Origin: an uncultured Chloroflexia bacterium
Lineage (GTDB): Bacteria > Chloroflexota > Dormibacteria > Aeolococcales > Aeolococcaceae
Reading direction: 5' to 3'
NCBI GenBank assembly: GCA_963841385.1
Contig: CAWJCO010000005.1
Span: forward strand, 419,434-483,433
DNA: 64,000 bases
Positions within the stretch are counted from its first letter, which is position 1; each line of letters starts with the position of its first letter. Under the pieces are notes generated by a model. It did not search any database. It was not told the origin of the DNA and saw only the letters and a list, made by a program, of their open reading frames with translations. This document shows, in pieces, positions 37,314-46,573 of the stretch. A program made the translations under genes and the position numbers.

Positions 37314-38345
37314 CTACGCCAGCCCCGCCATCAGCGCGTCCCACTGCTCGCGCGACGGCCGCAGCGCCTCGATCGGCACCTCTGCCAGCGGCGTCGCGGG
37401 GAGCGTTTCACGGGTGCAGAGGTCGTCGGCGTCGGGATTCACGTACAGCAGCCCGGTGACGATCTCCCCGCTGTGGCGGGCCTCGAAGAGGAGGCGCATG
37501 GCGGCGATCGGGTCCCGGGCGTCGTGGTCGGCGTCGATCTTGCGGAGCAGGATGTGGGAGCCGTCGTGCAGCTCGACCGCCTGGACGCTCCCCGGCTCGT
37601 AGTCGACCGTGATCTCCTCCAGCGGGGCGATGTAGTCGGGGGTGTTGACCGGGGCGTCGTGGTCCTTGACGTAGGCGTAGCTCTTGGTGCTGCCCTCGTG
37701 GTCGTTGAAGGTGACGCAGGGGCTGATCACATCGATGACCGCGGTCCCGCGATGCGCGAGCGCCGCCTGGAGCAGGGGGACCAGCTGCTTGCCGTCGCCG
37801 CTGAAGCTGCGCGCGACGAAGCTGGCTCCGAGCTCGATGGCCAGGGCGCAGACGTCGATCTGCTCGTACCGGTTGGGCCGGCCGCGCTTGGGCCGGGTGC
37901 CCAGATCGGCGGTGGCCGAGAACTGCCCCTTGGTGAGCCCGTACACCCCGTTGTCCTCGATGACGTAGGTCATGTCCAGGTTGCGCCGGATCATGTGGCA
38001 GTACTGGCCCAGGCCGATCGAGGCGGTGTCGCCGTCGCCGCTGATGCCGAAGACGATCAGGTCCCGGTTGGCCAGCTTGGCACCGGTGGCGATCGATGGC
38101 ATCCGCCCGTGCGCCCCGTTGAAGCCGTGGGCCCGCTCCACGAAGTAGGCGGCGGCCTTGGACGAGCAGCCGATCCCGCTCATCTTGGCGAGCAGGTGCG
38201 GCTCGATGCCGCTGTCGTACATCGCCTTCACGATGTGGTTGGTGATCGAGTTGTGTCCGCAGCCGGCGCAGAGCGTGGTGTGGGCACCCTTGTAGTCGTC
38301 GCGGTTCAGCCCCAGGCGGTTCAGCTTCTCGACGGAGACGGCCAT
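37314..38345 (-). CDS. korB: 2-oxoglutarate/2-oxoacid:ferredoxin oxidoreductase, beta subunit
   Basis: Has CAGCGHNSI, GIGCSS and the TPP-binding GDGDTASIGLGQ...VIEDNGVYGLTKGQ. ATG at 38345 is preceded by GGAGGA. Confidence 0.9.
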   Translation of the reverse strand: MAVSVEKLNRLGLNRDDYKGAHTTLCAGCGHNSITNHIVKAMYDSGIEPHLLAKMSGIGCSSKAAAYFVERAHGFNGAHGRMPSIATGAKLANRDLIVFGISGDGDTASIGLGQYCHMIRRNLDMTYVIEDNGVYGLTKGQFSATADLGTRPKRGRPNRYEQIDVCALAIELGASFVARSFSGDGKQLVPLLQAALAHRGTAVIDVISPCVTFNDHEGSTKSYAYVKDHDAPVNTPDYIAPLEEITVDYEPGSVQAVELHDGSHILLRKIDADHDARDPIAAMRLLFEARHSGEIVTGLLYVNPDADDLCTRETLPATPLAEVPIEALRPSREQWDALMAGLA

Positions 38346-38361
38346 CGCTCTTCCTCCTCGC

Positions 38362-40215
38362 TCAGCCGACCGAGGCCGGGCTGGTCGTCGTGGCCTCTCG
38401 AGCGGCGCCCCGGCCCACCGACAGCTCACCGGCCAGGACCGGGTCGCTGATCGCCTCGGCGTCGATGGGGACCCCGTTGAAGTGGCGGATGCTCCGGAGC
38501 CGGTCGGCCAGCGCACCGGGGAGCTCCTGGCGGATCAGCCCCTCGACCTGGCCGTCCCGGTTCTGCTCGGCCACGTAGACCCGTTCGTGGCGGGCGATGA
38601 AGGCGGCGACCTCCGGATGGAGGGGCAGGCCGCGGATGCGGAGGTAATCGGTCGCGATGCCGTGGTCGGCGAGCTGCTCGCGGGCCTCGACCACCGCGTG
38701 ATGGGTGGTGCCGTAGGCGAGGATCGCGGCCCGGTTGCCCGCCTCGTCGACGATCGGGGCCGGCAGCAGCGTCCGGGCTCCGTCGATCTTGCGGCGCAGC
38801 CGGTCCATGTTGGCCTGGTAGACGTCCGGGCTCTCGGTGTAGAGCGCGTTCTCGTCGTGGCCCGAGCCGCGGGTGAAGTAGCCGGCGCGCAGGTCCGGCG
38901 TCCCTGGCAGGGTGCGATATGGGATCCCGTCACCGTCGACGTCGCGATAGCGGGCCCAGTGCCCGACCTCCGCCAGGGCCTTGGCATCGAGCACCTTGCC
39001 GCGGTCGACGGCGCCCTCGGGGTAGGCGAGCGGTGGGGTCATCCACTGGTTCATCCCCAGGTCGAGGTCGCTCAGCACGAAGACGGGGGTCTGCAGCCGC
39101 TCGGTCAGGTCGAACGCCCGCTGGGCGTCCTCGTACACCTCGGTGACCGTCCCGGGGAGTAGCACCGGGTGGCGGGTGTCGCCGTGGGAGAGGGTGTGGA
39201 CGAAGCTCACGTCCCCCTGCATGGTCCGGGTGGGCAGCCCGGTGGAGGGGCCCACCCGCTGGATGTCGAAGATGACCGCGGGGATCTCGGCGTAGTAGCC
39301 GAGCCCGGTGAGCTCTGCCATCAGCGAGATGCCCGGCCCGGAGGTGGCGGTCATGGCCCGGGCACCCGCCCAGCCGGCGCCGAGCACCATCCCGATCGCG
39401 GCCAGCTCGTCCTCGGCCTGGATGGCGGCGAAGCGCCTCTCTCCGCTCGACGGGTCGACCCGGAAGCGCTCGGCGTAGTCGATGAACGCCTCGCAGAGTG
39501 ACGACGAGGGGGTTATCGGGTACCAGGCGAGGACCGTGCACCCGGCCATGAGGCTGCCCAGCGCGGCGGCGTGGTTCCCGTCCAGCAGCACTAGACCGCG
39601 GGTGCCGTCCATCGGTGCCACCCTGAAGGGGTCGCTCTTGACCAGCGTCTCGCGGGTGTAGTCGACCCCGATCCGGATGGCATCCAGGTTGAGGTCGGCG
39701 GCCTTCGGCTTGGTCCGGAACTGATCCCGCACCCCCCCCTCGATCGCCGCCGGGTCGAGCCCGATCAGCTCGGCCAGCACCCCCACGTAGATCATGTTCT
39801 GGAGGTACTTGCGGAGGTCGGGCTTGGCCTCGAGCTTCTCTCGGGCCAGCCGGGCGAACGGCACCGGATACCAGGAGACGTCGTCGCGCGCCGCGGCGCC
39901 CAGCCGGGGGAAGGTCGCCTCGTGGATGACCGCCCCGCCGGGCCGGACGTTGGCGACGTCCTGCTCCCAGGTGGCCGGGTTCATGGCGATGAGGATGTCG
40001 ACGGTCCGCTTGCGGGCCTGGTGGCCCCGCGGCATCACCCGGATGTCGTACCAGGTCGGCTGCCCCTCGATGTTGGAGGGGAAGACGTTCTTCGCGGCCA
40101 CCGGGATGCCCATGTGGAAGAGGGCCTTGGTGATGACGAGGTTGGAGGACTGTGATCCCGATCCGTTGACGGTCGCTGCCTGGATGCAGAAATCGTTGAC
40201 GACGTCTCCGGTCAT
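38362..40215 (-). CDS. korA: 2-oxoglutarate/2-oxoacid:ferredoxin oxidoreductase, alpha subunit (gamma-like domain fused at the N-terminus)
   Basis: Has QAATVNGSGSQSSN...KNVFPSNIEGQPTWYDIRV (gamma-type domain), then YPITPSS and TATSGPGISLM (alpha domain). Confidence 0.9.
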   Translation of the reverse strand: MTGDVVNDFCIQAATVNGSGSQSSNLVITKALFHMGIPVAAKNVFPSNIEGQPTWYDIRVMPRGHQARKRTVDILIAMNPATWEQDVANVRPGGAVIHEATFPRLGAAARDDVSWYPVPFARLAREKLEAKPDLRKYLQNMIYVGVLAELIGLDPAAIEGGVRDQFRTKPKAADLNLDAIRIGVDYTRETLVKSDPFRVAPMDGTRGLVLLDGNHAAALGSLMAGCTVLAWYPITPSSSLCEAFIDYAERFRVDPSSGERRFAAIQAEDELAAIGMVLGAGWAGARAMTATSGPGISLMAELTGLGYYAEIPAVIFDIQRVGPSTGLPTRTMQGDVSFVHTLSHGDTRHPVLLPGTVTEVYEDAQRAFDLTERLQTPVFVLSDLDLGMNQWMTPPLAYPEGAVDRGKVLDAKALAEVGHWARYRDVDGDGIPYRTLPGTPDLRAGYFTRGSGHDENALYTESPDVYQANMDRLRRKIDGARTLLPAPIVDEAGNRAAILAYGTTHHAVVEAREQLADHGIATDYLRIRGLPLHPEVAAFIARHERVYVAEQNRDGQVEGLIRQELPGALADRLRSIRHFNGVPIDAEAISDPVLAGELSVGRGAAREATTTSPASVG

Positions 40216-40272
40216 GGGCTCTCCGGATCTCCGTGCCTACAGCACCGCCACGTTCGCCTGATCCACGAACGC

Positions 40273-40303
40273 ATGTGCATACCGGTATCATACCTTTGCA
40301 CAT
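40273..40303. promoter_or_regulatory. Nested palindromes in an AT-rich island between divergent korA and the aldo-keto reductase gene
   Basis: ATGTGCA-N17-TGCACAT (40273-40279 / 40297-40303) encloses the perfect palindrome TACCGGTA (40280-40287) and GGTAT-c-ATACC (40284-40294). Confidence 0.45.
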
Positions 40304-40384
40304 TCACGCGGCAGCGCAAACATCCGTGCGACCAAGCGCCGGCGCCGGTCGGCGGTGAGGTCCCGCCGCACGGAGGGCCATCCG

Positions 40385-41410
40385 GTGACCTACGTCCCCG
40401 CGTCCGACCGCTACCGGTCGATGTCCTATCGCCGCTCGGGCCGGAGCGGGCTCCAGCTGCCGCTGATCTCGCTCGGCCTCTGGCAGAACTTCGGCGCGGA
40501 GCGGCCCCCCAGCGAGAGCCGGAGCATCGTCTTGCACGCCTTCGACCGGGGGATCACCCATTTCGACCTGGCCAACAACTACGGACCGCCCTACGGCTCG
40601 GCCGAGGAGACCTTCGGGCGGATCATGGCCACCGACCTGCGGCCCCACCGCGACGAGCTGGTCATCTCCACCAAGGCCGGCTACGACATGTGGCCCGGAC
40701 CTTACGGGGAGTGGGGCTCTCGCAAGTACCTTCTGGCCAGCCTTGACCAGAGCCTGCAACGGATGGGGGTGGACTACGTCGACATCTTCTACTCCCACCG
40801 CTACGATCCCGAGACCCCGCTCGAGGAGACCATGGGCGCGCTCGACACCGCGGTGCGCCAGGGCAAGGCGCTGTATGCGGGGATCTCCTCGTACTCGGCC
40901 GCTCACACCGAGGCGGCTGCGGAGATCATGGCCGGTCTGGGCACCCCGATCCTCATCCACCAGCCCTCCTACTCGATGCTCAATCGCTGGATCGAGGGCG
41001 GCTTGCTCGAGGTCCTGGACGAGGAGGGGATCGGCTGCATCGTCTTCTCTCCGCTGGCCCAGGGGATGCTGAGCGACCGCTACCTCCGGGGAGTGCCGGA
41101 GGGGTCGCGAGCCCACCAGCGCGGCTCCCTCACCCCGGAGATGCTCTCCGAGGAGATCCTGGCGAAGATTCGGGGCCTCAACGAGGTGGCCGCACGGCGT
41201 GGCCAGTCGCTGGCCCAGATGGCCCTGGCCTGGGCGCTCCGCGATCGCCGGGTGACCTCGGCGCTGATCGGGGTGAGCAGCGCCGTCCAGCTCGACGAGA
41301 ACCTCGCCGCCCTCGAGCGGCTGGACTTCAGCGACCCCGAGCTCGCCGAGATCGACCGGCTGGCGACCGAGAGCGGCATCAATCTCTGGGCGGCGTCCAG
41401 CCAGGCCTGA
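40385..41410 (+). CDS. Aldo-keto reductase, YghZ/Gpr type (L-glyceraldehyde-3-phosphate reductase-like)
   Basis: Reads YVPASDRYRSMSYRRSGRSGLQLPLISLGLWQNFG, ITHFDLANNYGPPYGSAEE, VISTKAGY and DIFYSHRYDPETPLEETM. GTG start at 40385 by analogy with YghZ N-termini. Confidence 0.88.
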   Translation: MTYVPASDRYRSMSYRRSGRSGLQLPLISLGLWQNFGAERPPSESRSIVLHAFDRGITHFDLANNYGPPYGSAEETFGRIMATDLRPHRDELVISTKAGYDMWPGPYGEWGSRKYLLASLDQSLQRMGVDYVDIFYSHRYDPETPLEETMGALDTAVRQGKALYAGISSYSAAHTEAAAEIMAGLGTPILIHQPSYSMLNRWIEGGLLEVLDEEGIGCIVFSPLAQGMLSDRYLRGVPEGSRAHQRGSLTPEMLSEEILAKIRGLNEVAARRGQSLAQMALAWALRDRRVTSALIGVSSAVQLDENLAALERLDFSDPELAEIDRLATESGINLWAASSQA

Positions 41411-41422
41411 CGCGGGCCGGCC

Positions 41423-41614
41423 GTGACCGCGGAGGCGTCCGTCACGGTGCCGGGCTCGACGATCCCGGTCCCCACGTCGGGGGGCTCGTCCGCGGCATCC
41501 TCCGGGCTGCTCTCCTCCCTGCCGGGCTCGCTCCTGACGGGTGCGGTGCTCCTCCTGGCCGGCGTCCTGACCCTGTGCGTCGGGGCGCGGCCACGATCCG
41601 CGCGACGCCCCTGA
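41423..41614 (+). CDS. Possible small tail-anchored membrane protein (63 aa)
   Basis: High GC3. Ser/Thr/Pro-rich N-terminus followed by LPGSLLTGAVLLLAGVLTLCVGARPRSARRP (hydrophobic helix plus basic tail). No family was recognised and it may be spurious. Confidence 0.3.
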   Translation: MTAEASVTVPGSTIPVPTSGGSSAASSGLLSSLPGSLLTGAVLLLAGVLTLCVGARPRSARRP

Positions 41615-41649
41615 GCCCCGTCCGCCGCTGACCCGACCCCGGCCTTTCC

Positions 41650-42189
41650 TCAGCGCTGGTAGGTGGCGCGGAGGGTGGCTCTGGCGAGGGTGTGGAAGGC
41701 GAGCGTGAACCCGACCACCGCGGGGGATGCCAGCCGGTCCAGCCCGAGGTTGTCGGTGTCGACCGCGTGCACCGCGAAGATGTAGCGGTGGGGGCGATCG
41801 CCGGGAGGCGGCGCGGCCCCGCCGTAGTCGAGGCTGCCGAAGTCGTTGCGCACGTGAAAGGACCCCGGCGGGAGGGGCGCGTTGGCGGCCCCCGCCCCGC
41901 GGGCCAGCTCGGTCACGGTGACCGGCACGCCGACCAGCACCCAGTGCCAGAAGCCCGAGCCGGTCGGGGCGTCGGGGTCGAAGCAGGTGACCGTGAACCC
42001 CCGGGTGGCGGACGGGTACCCGCTCCAGCGCAGCTGAGGGCTCTGGTTCTCGCCACCGGCGCTGGGATGGACGTGACGGGTGTCGAGGGGCCGCCCCTCG
42101 GTGATGTCGTCGCTGCTCAGGGAGAACGCAGCGACGGCGGGCAGCAGCTCGTAGGGGTCGGGCGCGACCGGACGCACGAGTGTGGACAT
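41650..42189 (-). CDS. YbhB/YbcL-family phosphatidylethanolamine-binding protein (PEBP / Raf kinase inhibitor-like)
   Basis: Has NQSPQLRWSGYP, FTVTCFDPDAPTGSGFWHWV, YGGAAPPPGDRPHRYIFAVHAVD. Confidence 0.88.
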   Translation of the reverse strand: MSTLVRPVAPDPYELLPAVAAFSLSSDDITEGRPLDTRHVHPSAGGENQSPQLRWSGYPSATRGFTVTCFDPDAPTGSGFWHWVLVGVPVTVTELARGAGAANAPLPPGSFHVRNDFGSLDYGGAAPPPGDRPHRYIFAVHAVDTDNLGLDRLASPAVVGFTLAFHTLARATLRATYQR

Positions 42190-42258
42190 CGTGCATTCCT
42201 CCTCATGGGGATGAGCGCAGCTCCATTCTGCCTCGGTGGGGCGGGCCGCGCCAGACCC

Positions 42259-42275
42259 GGCTCCGCGACGGAGCC
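42259..42275 (-). terminator. Short GC hairpin GGCTCCG-cga-CGGAGCC downstream of citrate synthase
   Basis: 7-bp stem 18 nt after the stop at 42293. No U-tract. Weak evidence. Confidence 0.35.
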
Positions 42276-42292
42276 TAGCCGTCGATCAGCGG

Positions 42293-43480
42293 TCAGGCGT
42301 AGGCGTAGTTCTCGGGCAGGGGGCGCGGTGCGGGGGGCCCGACGTAGATCGCCGAGGGACGGATGAGCCGGTTGTTGGCCGCCTGCTCCACGATCGCGGA
42401 GGTCCAGCCCACCGTGCGGCTGCAGGCGAACGTCGGGGTGAACATGTCCCGGGAGAGTCCCACCGTGTTCATCACCACCCCGGAGTAGAACTCGACGTTG
42501 GTGTAGAGGCGCCGCCCCGGCTTCAGCTCGCTCAGCACCCGGAGCGCGGTGGCCTCGACATGCTCCGCGAACTCCACCTGCGGGCCGCCCAGCTCGCGGG
42601 CCACCTCGTGGAGGAGGACGGAGCGCGGGTCGTCGGTCTTGTAGATGCGGTGGCCGAAACCCATAAGCCGCTGGCCCCCCAGGACCTCGTCGCGGAGGTG
42701 CTCCTCGGCCTTGTCGGGTGTTCCGATGGCGTCGAGCATGTCCAGCGCCCGAGATGGCGCGCCGCCATGGAGCGGCCCGGCGAGCGCCCCGATGGCACCG
42801 GTGAGCGCGGAGCCCATGTCGCTGCCGGTGGAGGTGATGACCCGGGCCGTGAAAGTGCTGGAGTTGAAGCCGTGGTCCATGGTCGTGATCAGGTACTTCT
42901 CGAGGGCGCGCGCGGCCACCGGCTCCGGGCGCCTGCCGGTCAGCATCTGCAGGTAGGCGGCCGCGTAACCGAGGTCACGATCGGGGTCGACCGGCTCCAG
43001 CCCCTGGTGGACGCGATGCATCCGCATCAGCAGCACCGGTGTGAGCGCGACCATGCGGAGGGCGTCGGCGCGCACCTGGTCGGGGGTGAGGTCGAGGGTC
43101 GGCTGGAGGTTGAGGGCGGTCGCGCTCAGCGAGACCGCGGTGCGCAGCGCCCCCAGCGGCGTGTAGCCCGGCAACCGGGCGATCTCGTCCAGGGTGTCGG
43201 CGACCCCGCCGGGGAGGCTCCGGCCGGCGACGGCCTGGTCCTGCAGCCAGCGCAGCTCGCGGGGGCCGGGCAGCTCGCCCACCAGCAGCAGGTGCCAGAC
43301 CTGCTCGAACGAGCAGTGACGGGCGAGCTCGGTGGCGTCATAGCCGCGGTAGTGGTAGAAGCCCTCTTCACCACGGACATCCCCGATCAGGGTCTCTGCC
43401 ACCGCCACCCCCTCGAGTCCTCGAGGGGCAAGGACCGGCTGCGCCGAGCCGGCGGGCTTGACTTCCTGCGTCTCGCTCAC
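42293..43480 (-). CDS. Citrate synthase (citrate/2-methylcitrate synthase family, short actinobacterial type)
   Basis: Has GLEGVAVAETLIGDV.GEEGFYHYRGY, LHGGAPS, and GFGHRIYKTDDPRS with the catalytic His. GTG at 43480 is preceded by GGGAGGAG. Confidence 0.9.
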   Translation of the reverse strand: MSETQEVKPAGSAQPVLAPRGLEGVAVAETLIGDVRGEEGFYHYRGYDATELARHCSFEQVWHLLLVGELPGPRELRWLQDQAVAGRSLPGGVADTLDEIARLPGYTPLGALRTAVSLSATALNLQPTLDLTPDQVRADALRMVALTPVLLMRMHRVHQGLEPVDPDRDLGYAAAYLQMLTGRRPEPVAARALEKYLITTMDHGFNSSTFTARVITSTGSDMGSALTGAIGALAGPLHGGAPSRALDMLDAIGTPDKAEEHLRDEVLGGQRLMGFGHRIYKTDDPRSVLLHEVARELGGPQVEFAEHVEATALRVLSELKPGRRLYTNVEFYSGVVMNTVGLSRDMFTPTFACSRTVGWTSAIVEQAANNRLIRPSAIYVGPPAPRPLPENYAYA

Positions 43481-43750
43481 CTGGACCGCTCCTCCCACTT
43501 GGATGATCCCTGGCTGATTCCGAGCAACTCTACACAGTCCTCTGGCTCCACCTCGGCGTGCCGTCGGAAAGCCGCGAGGACGCCTCGCCGGGCGGGGCTT
43601 CGCCCTTCCTGTTGCTGCTCGCGTCAATAACTGCAAACGACGCTACATCTGAAGGCTGCGTCACGGCGGCGTGACGAGCCGCTAAAGGCGTCCTCCCGGT
43701 CCGCGGAGGCGCTGATAAGCTCCGCCCCCACACCGGTCAGGGATACGGAT

Positions 43751-44926
43751 TTGCGTCGCACCACCCGCCTTCTCCGCAGAATTGCCACCTCCGTCATCGC
43801 CGTCGGAGTGCTGGCTGCCGTCGCGCCGCCGGCGGCACGCATCGCTCGGCCCGACGTCCGGCTCACCGATTCCTACACTCAGAAGATCGCCCAGCTCCAG
43901 CAGCAGTACGACGCGCTGGGCAGCCAGCTCCAGGGGCTCCAGGGCAGCGAGGCCACGGCCAACGCCCAGGCCGCCGCGGTCCAGCAGCAGGTGGCCGCCA
44001 CCCAGTCCCAGGTCCAGCAGGTGCAGGGGCAGATCGACCAGCTCAACCTCGAGCTGGCTCAGACCGCCGAGGCCATCCAGGTGGACACCGCCAATCTCGC
44101 CGCCGAGAAGGCGCAGCTCACCAAGGTCATGGTGGTGATCTACACCGCGGGCGGCACCGGCGTGGTCAGCGGCCTCGTCCAGAGCCAGAGCATCGCCGAG
44201 TTCATGGAGAAGTTGGGCTCCGCGACCGCCGTCAGCAAGCAGTTCCGCCAGCTGATCGCCCAGGTCCAGGCCGACCAGCAGCGCCTCACCCTGCTCCAGC
44301 AGACGCAGCAGGGGAACCTCGATCAGGCGGCTGCGGCCGAGACCCATCTGGAGGCCCTCGAGGCGACGCTCCAGGGTCAGGAGACCCAGCTGCGGGCGGA
44401 GGCCGCCTCCCTGGGCAGCCAGGCCGCCTCGCTGCTCGACCAGCGCCAGTCGCTGCTCAGCCAGATCGCGACCGTCAAGGCGCAGCAGGCCGCGGCTGCT
44501 GCGGCGGCGGCGGCGGCCGCGGCCGCGGCTGCTGCGGCGGCGGCGCACCACGGGGGTGGGGGCGGGGCCTGTGGTGACGTCCTCTGTCCCTTCGCCTTCG
44601 GGGACATCCCCGACTCCTTCCCCTGGGGTCAGTGCACCTGGTACGTCGCGTCCCTGCGCGAGGTCACCTGGTGGGGGAACGCCGACGAGTGGTTCGGCAA
44701 CGCGCAGGCGCAGGGGTACTCGACCGGGCAGACACCCAAGGTCGGAGCCATCGTGGTCTGGGGCTCGGGCAACGGCTACAGCTATTACGGGCACGTCGCC
44801 TACGTGGTCGCCGTCGACGGACCGAGCGATTTCTACGTGGACGAGGCCAACTACGCCGAGATCCCCGGGCAGATCGACATGCGCCAGGTGACCACCCTCT
44901 CGGACGTCGAGGGCTTCATCTATTAG
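43751..44926 (+). CDS. Secreted coiled-coil + CHAP-domain peptidoglycan hydrolase (PcsB-like architecture)
   Basis: TTG start. Signal sequence RRIATSVIAVGVLAAVAPPAA, about 230 aa of Gln/Ala-rich heptad-like sequence, a poly-Ala/His/Gly linker, then CHAP motifs FPWGQCTWYVA ... GHVAYVVAV. Confidence 0.8.
   Translation: MRRTTRLLRRIATSVIAVGVLAAVAPPAARIARPDVRLTDSYTQKIAQLQQQYDALGSQLQGLQGSEATANAQAAAVQQQVAATQSQVQQVQGQIDQLNLELAQTAEAIQVDTANLAAEKAQLTKVMVVIYTAGGTGVVSGLVQSQSIAEFMEKLGSATAVSKQFRQLIAQVQADQQRLTLLQQTQQGNLDQAAAAETHLEALEATLQGQETQLRAEAASLGSQAASLLDQRQSLLSQIATVKAQQAAAAAAAAAAAAAAAAAAAHHGGGGGACGDVLCPFAFGDIPDSFPWGQCTWYVASLREVTWWGNADEWFGNAQAQGYSTGQTPKVGAIVVWGSGNGYSYYGHVAYVVAVDGPSDFYVDEANYAEIPGQIDMRQVTTLSDVEGFIY
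44489..44545 (+). repeat. 19-codon alanine tract with an internal 24-nt duplication
   Basis: GCCGCGGCTGCTGCGGCGGCGGCG occurs at 44489-44512 and again at 44522-44545, inside the CHAP protein linker. Confidence 0.9.
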
Positions 44927-45153
44927 GTCCTCCTAGGTCCTCCGCCTGCGGGTGACCGACGGCCGCATGTGCCTGTGACATCCGGCTCTGGAGGTTCCGC
45001 CCCCGGTGCGGGACGCTGGGGATGGCGCCGGAGACCCAGCCACCCCTCGGGGCCGGCCGTGGCGCCGGAGGTACGCGCACCAGTGTCCGTCCATACCGCG
45101 CAGCGCATCCGCGGGGCGATCGCCCCGTCGCTGCCGCGCCTCCCCGGCGTGCG

Positions 45154-46455
45154 ATGAACGTGCGGGCGGCGGGCATCGGCGATCGCGCGCTGGACGCTCC
45201 GGTCGGGATCGACGTCGAGGCCGGGGCGGCTCGGCGCCCTCCCTCCCGGGGCCGGCGATGGATGCTGCTCACGGTGGCGATCGGGCCGGGCCTGATGGTG
45301 ATGCTGGCCGACACCGATGCCGGCAGCGTGGTCACCGCCGCCCAGTCCGGGGCCCGCTTCGGCTACCGGCTCCTTCCCCTCGAGGTGCTCCTGGTCCCCG
45401 TCCTGTACCTGGTGATGGAGCTGACCGTCCGGCTGGGACTCACCACCGGCAAGGGCCACGCCGAGCTGATCAAGGCGCGATTCGGACGCGGATGGGCCGT
45501 GTTCTCGGTGGGCCTCCTGCTGGTCACCAGCGTCGGTGCCCTGGTCACCGAGTTTGCCGGCATCGCGGGCGTTGGCAGCATCGTCGGCCTGCCCCCGCAG
45601 CTCGTCGTCCCCGGTGCCGCCGCCGTGCTTCTCCTGGTCGTCGTCTCCGGCAGCTACCGGCGGGTGGAGCTCATCGGCATCGGCTTCGGGCTCTTCGAGC
45701 TCGCCTTCCTGGTGGCCGCCATCCGGGCTCATCCGGATCCCGGCTCGCTGGCTGGCAGCCTGACGATGGGGCAACCACTCGGGAACTCGGCCTACCTCAC
45801 CCTGGTGGCGGCCAACGTCGGGGCCGTGGTCATGCCCTGGATGATCTTCTACCAGCAGGCCGCGATCCTGGACAAGGGGATCACCATCCGGGATCTCCGG
45901 TTCGCGCGGATCAACACGGCCATCGGTGCGGTGGTCACCCAGGTGATCATGATCGCGGTCCTGGTGGCGACCGGGGCGAGCCTCTTCCACCGGAACTCGG
46001 GATCCCTCAACACCGTCGCCCAGGTCTCCACCGCCCTGACCTCGTCGCTCGGGGCTGCCGGCGGCCGCCTCGCGTTCGCGATGGGGGTGGCCGGAGCCGC
46101 CCTGGTCGCGGCCCTGGTCGTGTCCCTGGGGGCCGCATGGGCCTTCGCGGAGGTAGCCGGGAAGCCGCGCAGCCTCAACCGGAAGGTCCGCCAGGAACCC
46201 CTCTTCTACGGCGTCTTCACGGGGGCGGTCGGCCTCTCGGCGGTGCTGGTCTTGACCAGCGGGTCGTTGGTCGGGCTCGCCATCGCCGTCGAGGTCCTCA
46301 ATGCGCTGCTCCTGCCAATCGTGCTGATCTTCCTCATCGTGCTGGCCTGGACCACCCTGCCCGCAGCCCATCGCCTGCGCCTCTGGGAGAAGGCCCTCCT
46401 GCTGCTGGTGACCGCGGCCGTCGTCGGCATGGGGGCGACGCTCGTCATCACTTGA
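45154..46455 (+). CDS. mntH: NRAMP-family divalent metal (Mn2+/Fe2+) transporter
   Basis: Has GPGLMVMLADTDAGSVVTAAQSGARFGY, ELTVRLGLTTGKGHAELI and NVGAVVMPWMIFYQQ. ATG at 45154 was chosen. Confidence 0.88.
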   Translation: MNVRAAGIGDRALDAPVGIDVEAGAARRPPSRGRRWMLLTVAIGPGLMVMLADTDAGSVVTAAQSGARFGYRLLPLEVLLVPVLYLVMELTVRLGLTTGKGHAELIKARFGRGWAVFSVGLLLVTSVGALVTEFAGIAGVGSIVGLPPQLVVPGAAAVLLLVVVSGSYRRVELIGIGFGLFELAFLVAAIRAHPDPGSLAGSLTMGQPLGNSAYLTLVAANVGAVVMPWMIFYQQAAILDKGITIRDLRFARINTAIGAVVTQVIMIAVLVATGASLFHRNSGSLNTVAQVSTALTSSLGAAGGRLAFAMGVAGAALVAALVVSLGAAWAFAEVAGKPRSLNRKVRQEPLFYGVFTGAVGLSAVLVLTSGSLVGLAIAVEVLNALLLPIVLIFLIVLAWTTLPAAHRLRLWEKALLLLVTAAVVGMGATLVIT

Positions 46456-46459
46456 CTCT

Positions 46460-46475
46460 GAGAGGGCGCCCTCTC
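46460..46475. terminator. Perfect 16-nt palindrome GAGAGGGCGCCCTCTC between convergent mntH and tRNA-Gln
   Basis: Starts 5 nt after the mntH stop and could act bidirectionally. No U-tract. Confidence 0.4.
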
Positions 46476-46573
46476 GACCACCACGACCTCACCCTCGCGC
46501 CAGAGCCGCTCGACCCGCCGGCCGCCATCTCTCCCCAGGGTCTCAGGACGGTCATCGTGATTGCAAACACAAA

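Noticed and set aside
44924-44943. Perfect tandem duplication TAGGTCCTCC x2 at the end of the CHAP gene
   Set aside because: It is real in the sequence but only 20 nt. It overlaps the stop codon and has no obvious function, so it is probably a small slippage duplication.
44927-45153. Mn2+ (yybP-ykoY) riboswitch or MntR box upstream of mntH
   Set aside because: I could not find the conserved riboswitch core or a convincing AT-rich MntR/DtxR-type palindrome by eye. A covariance-model scan would be needed.
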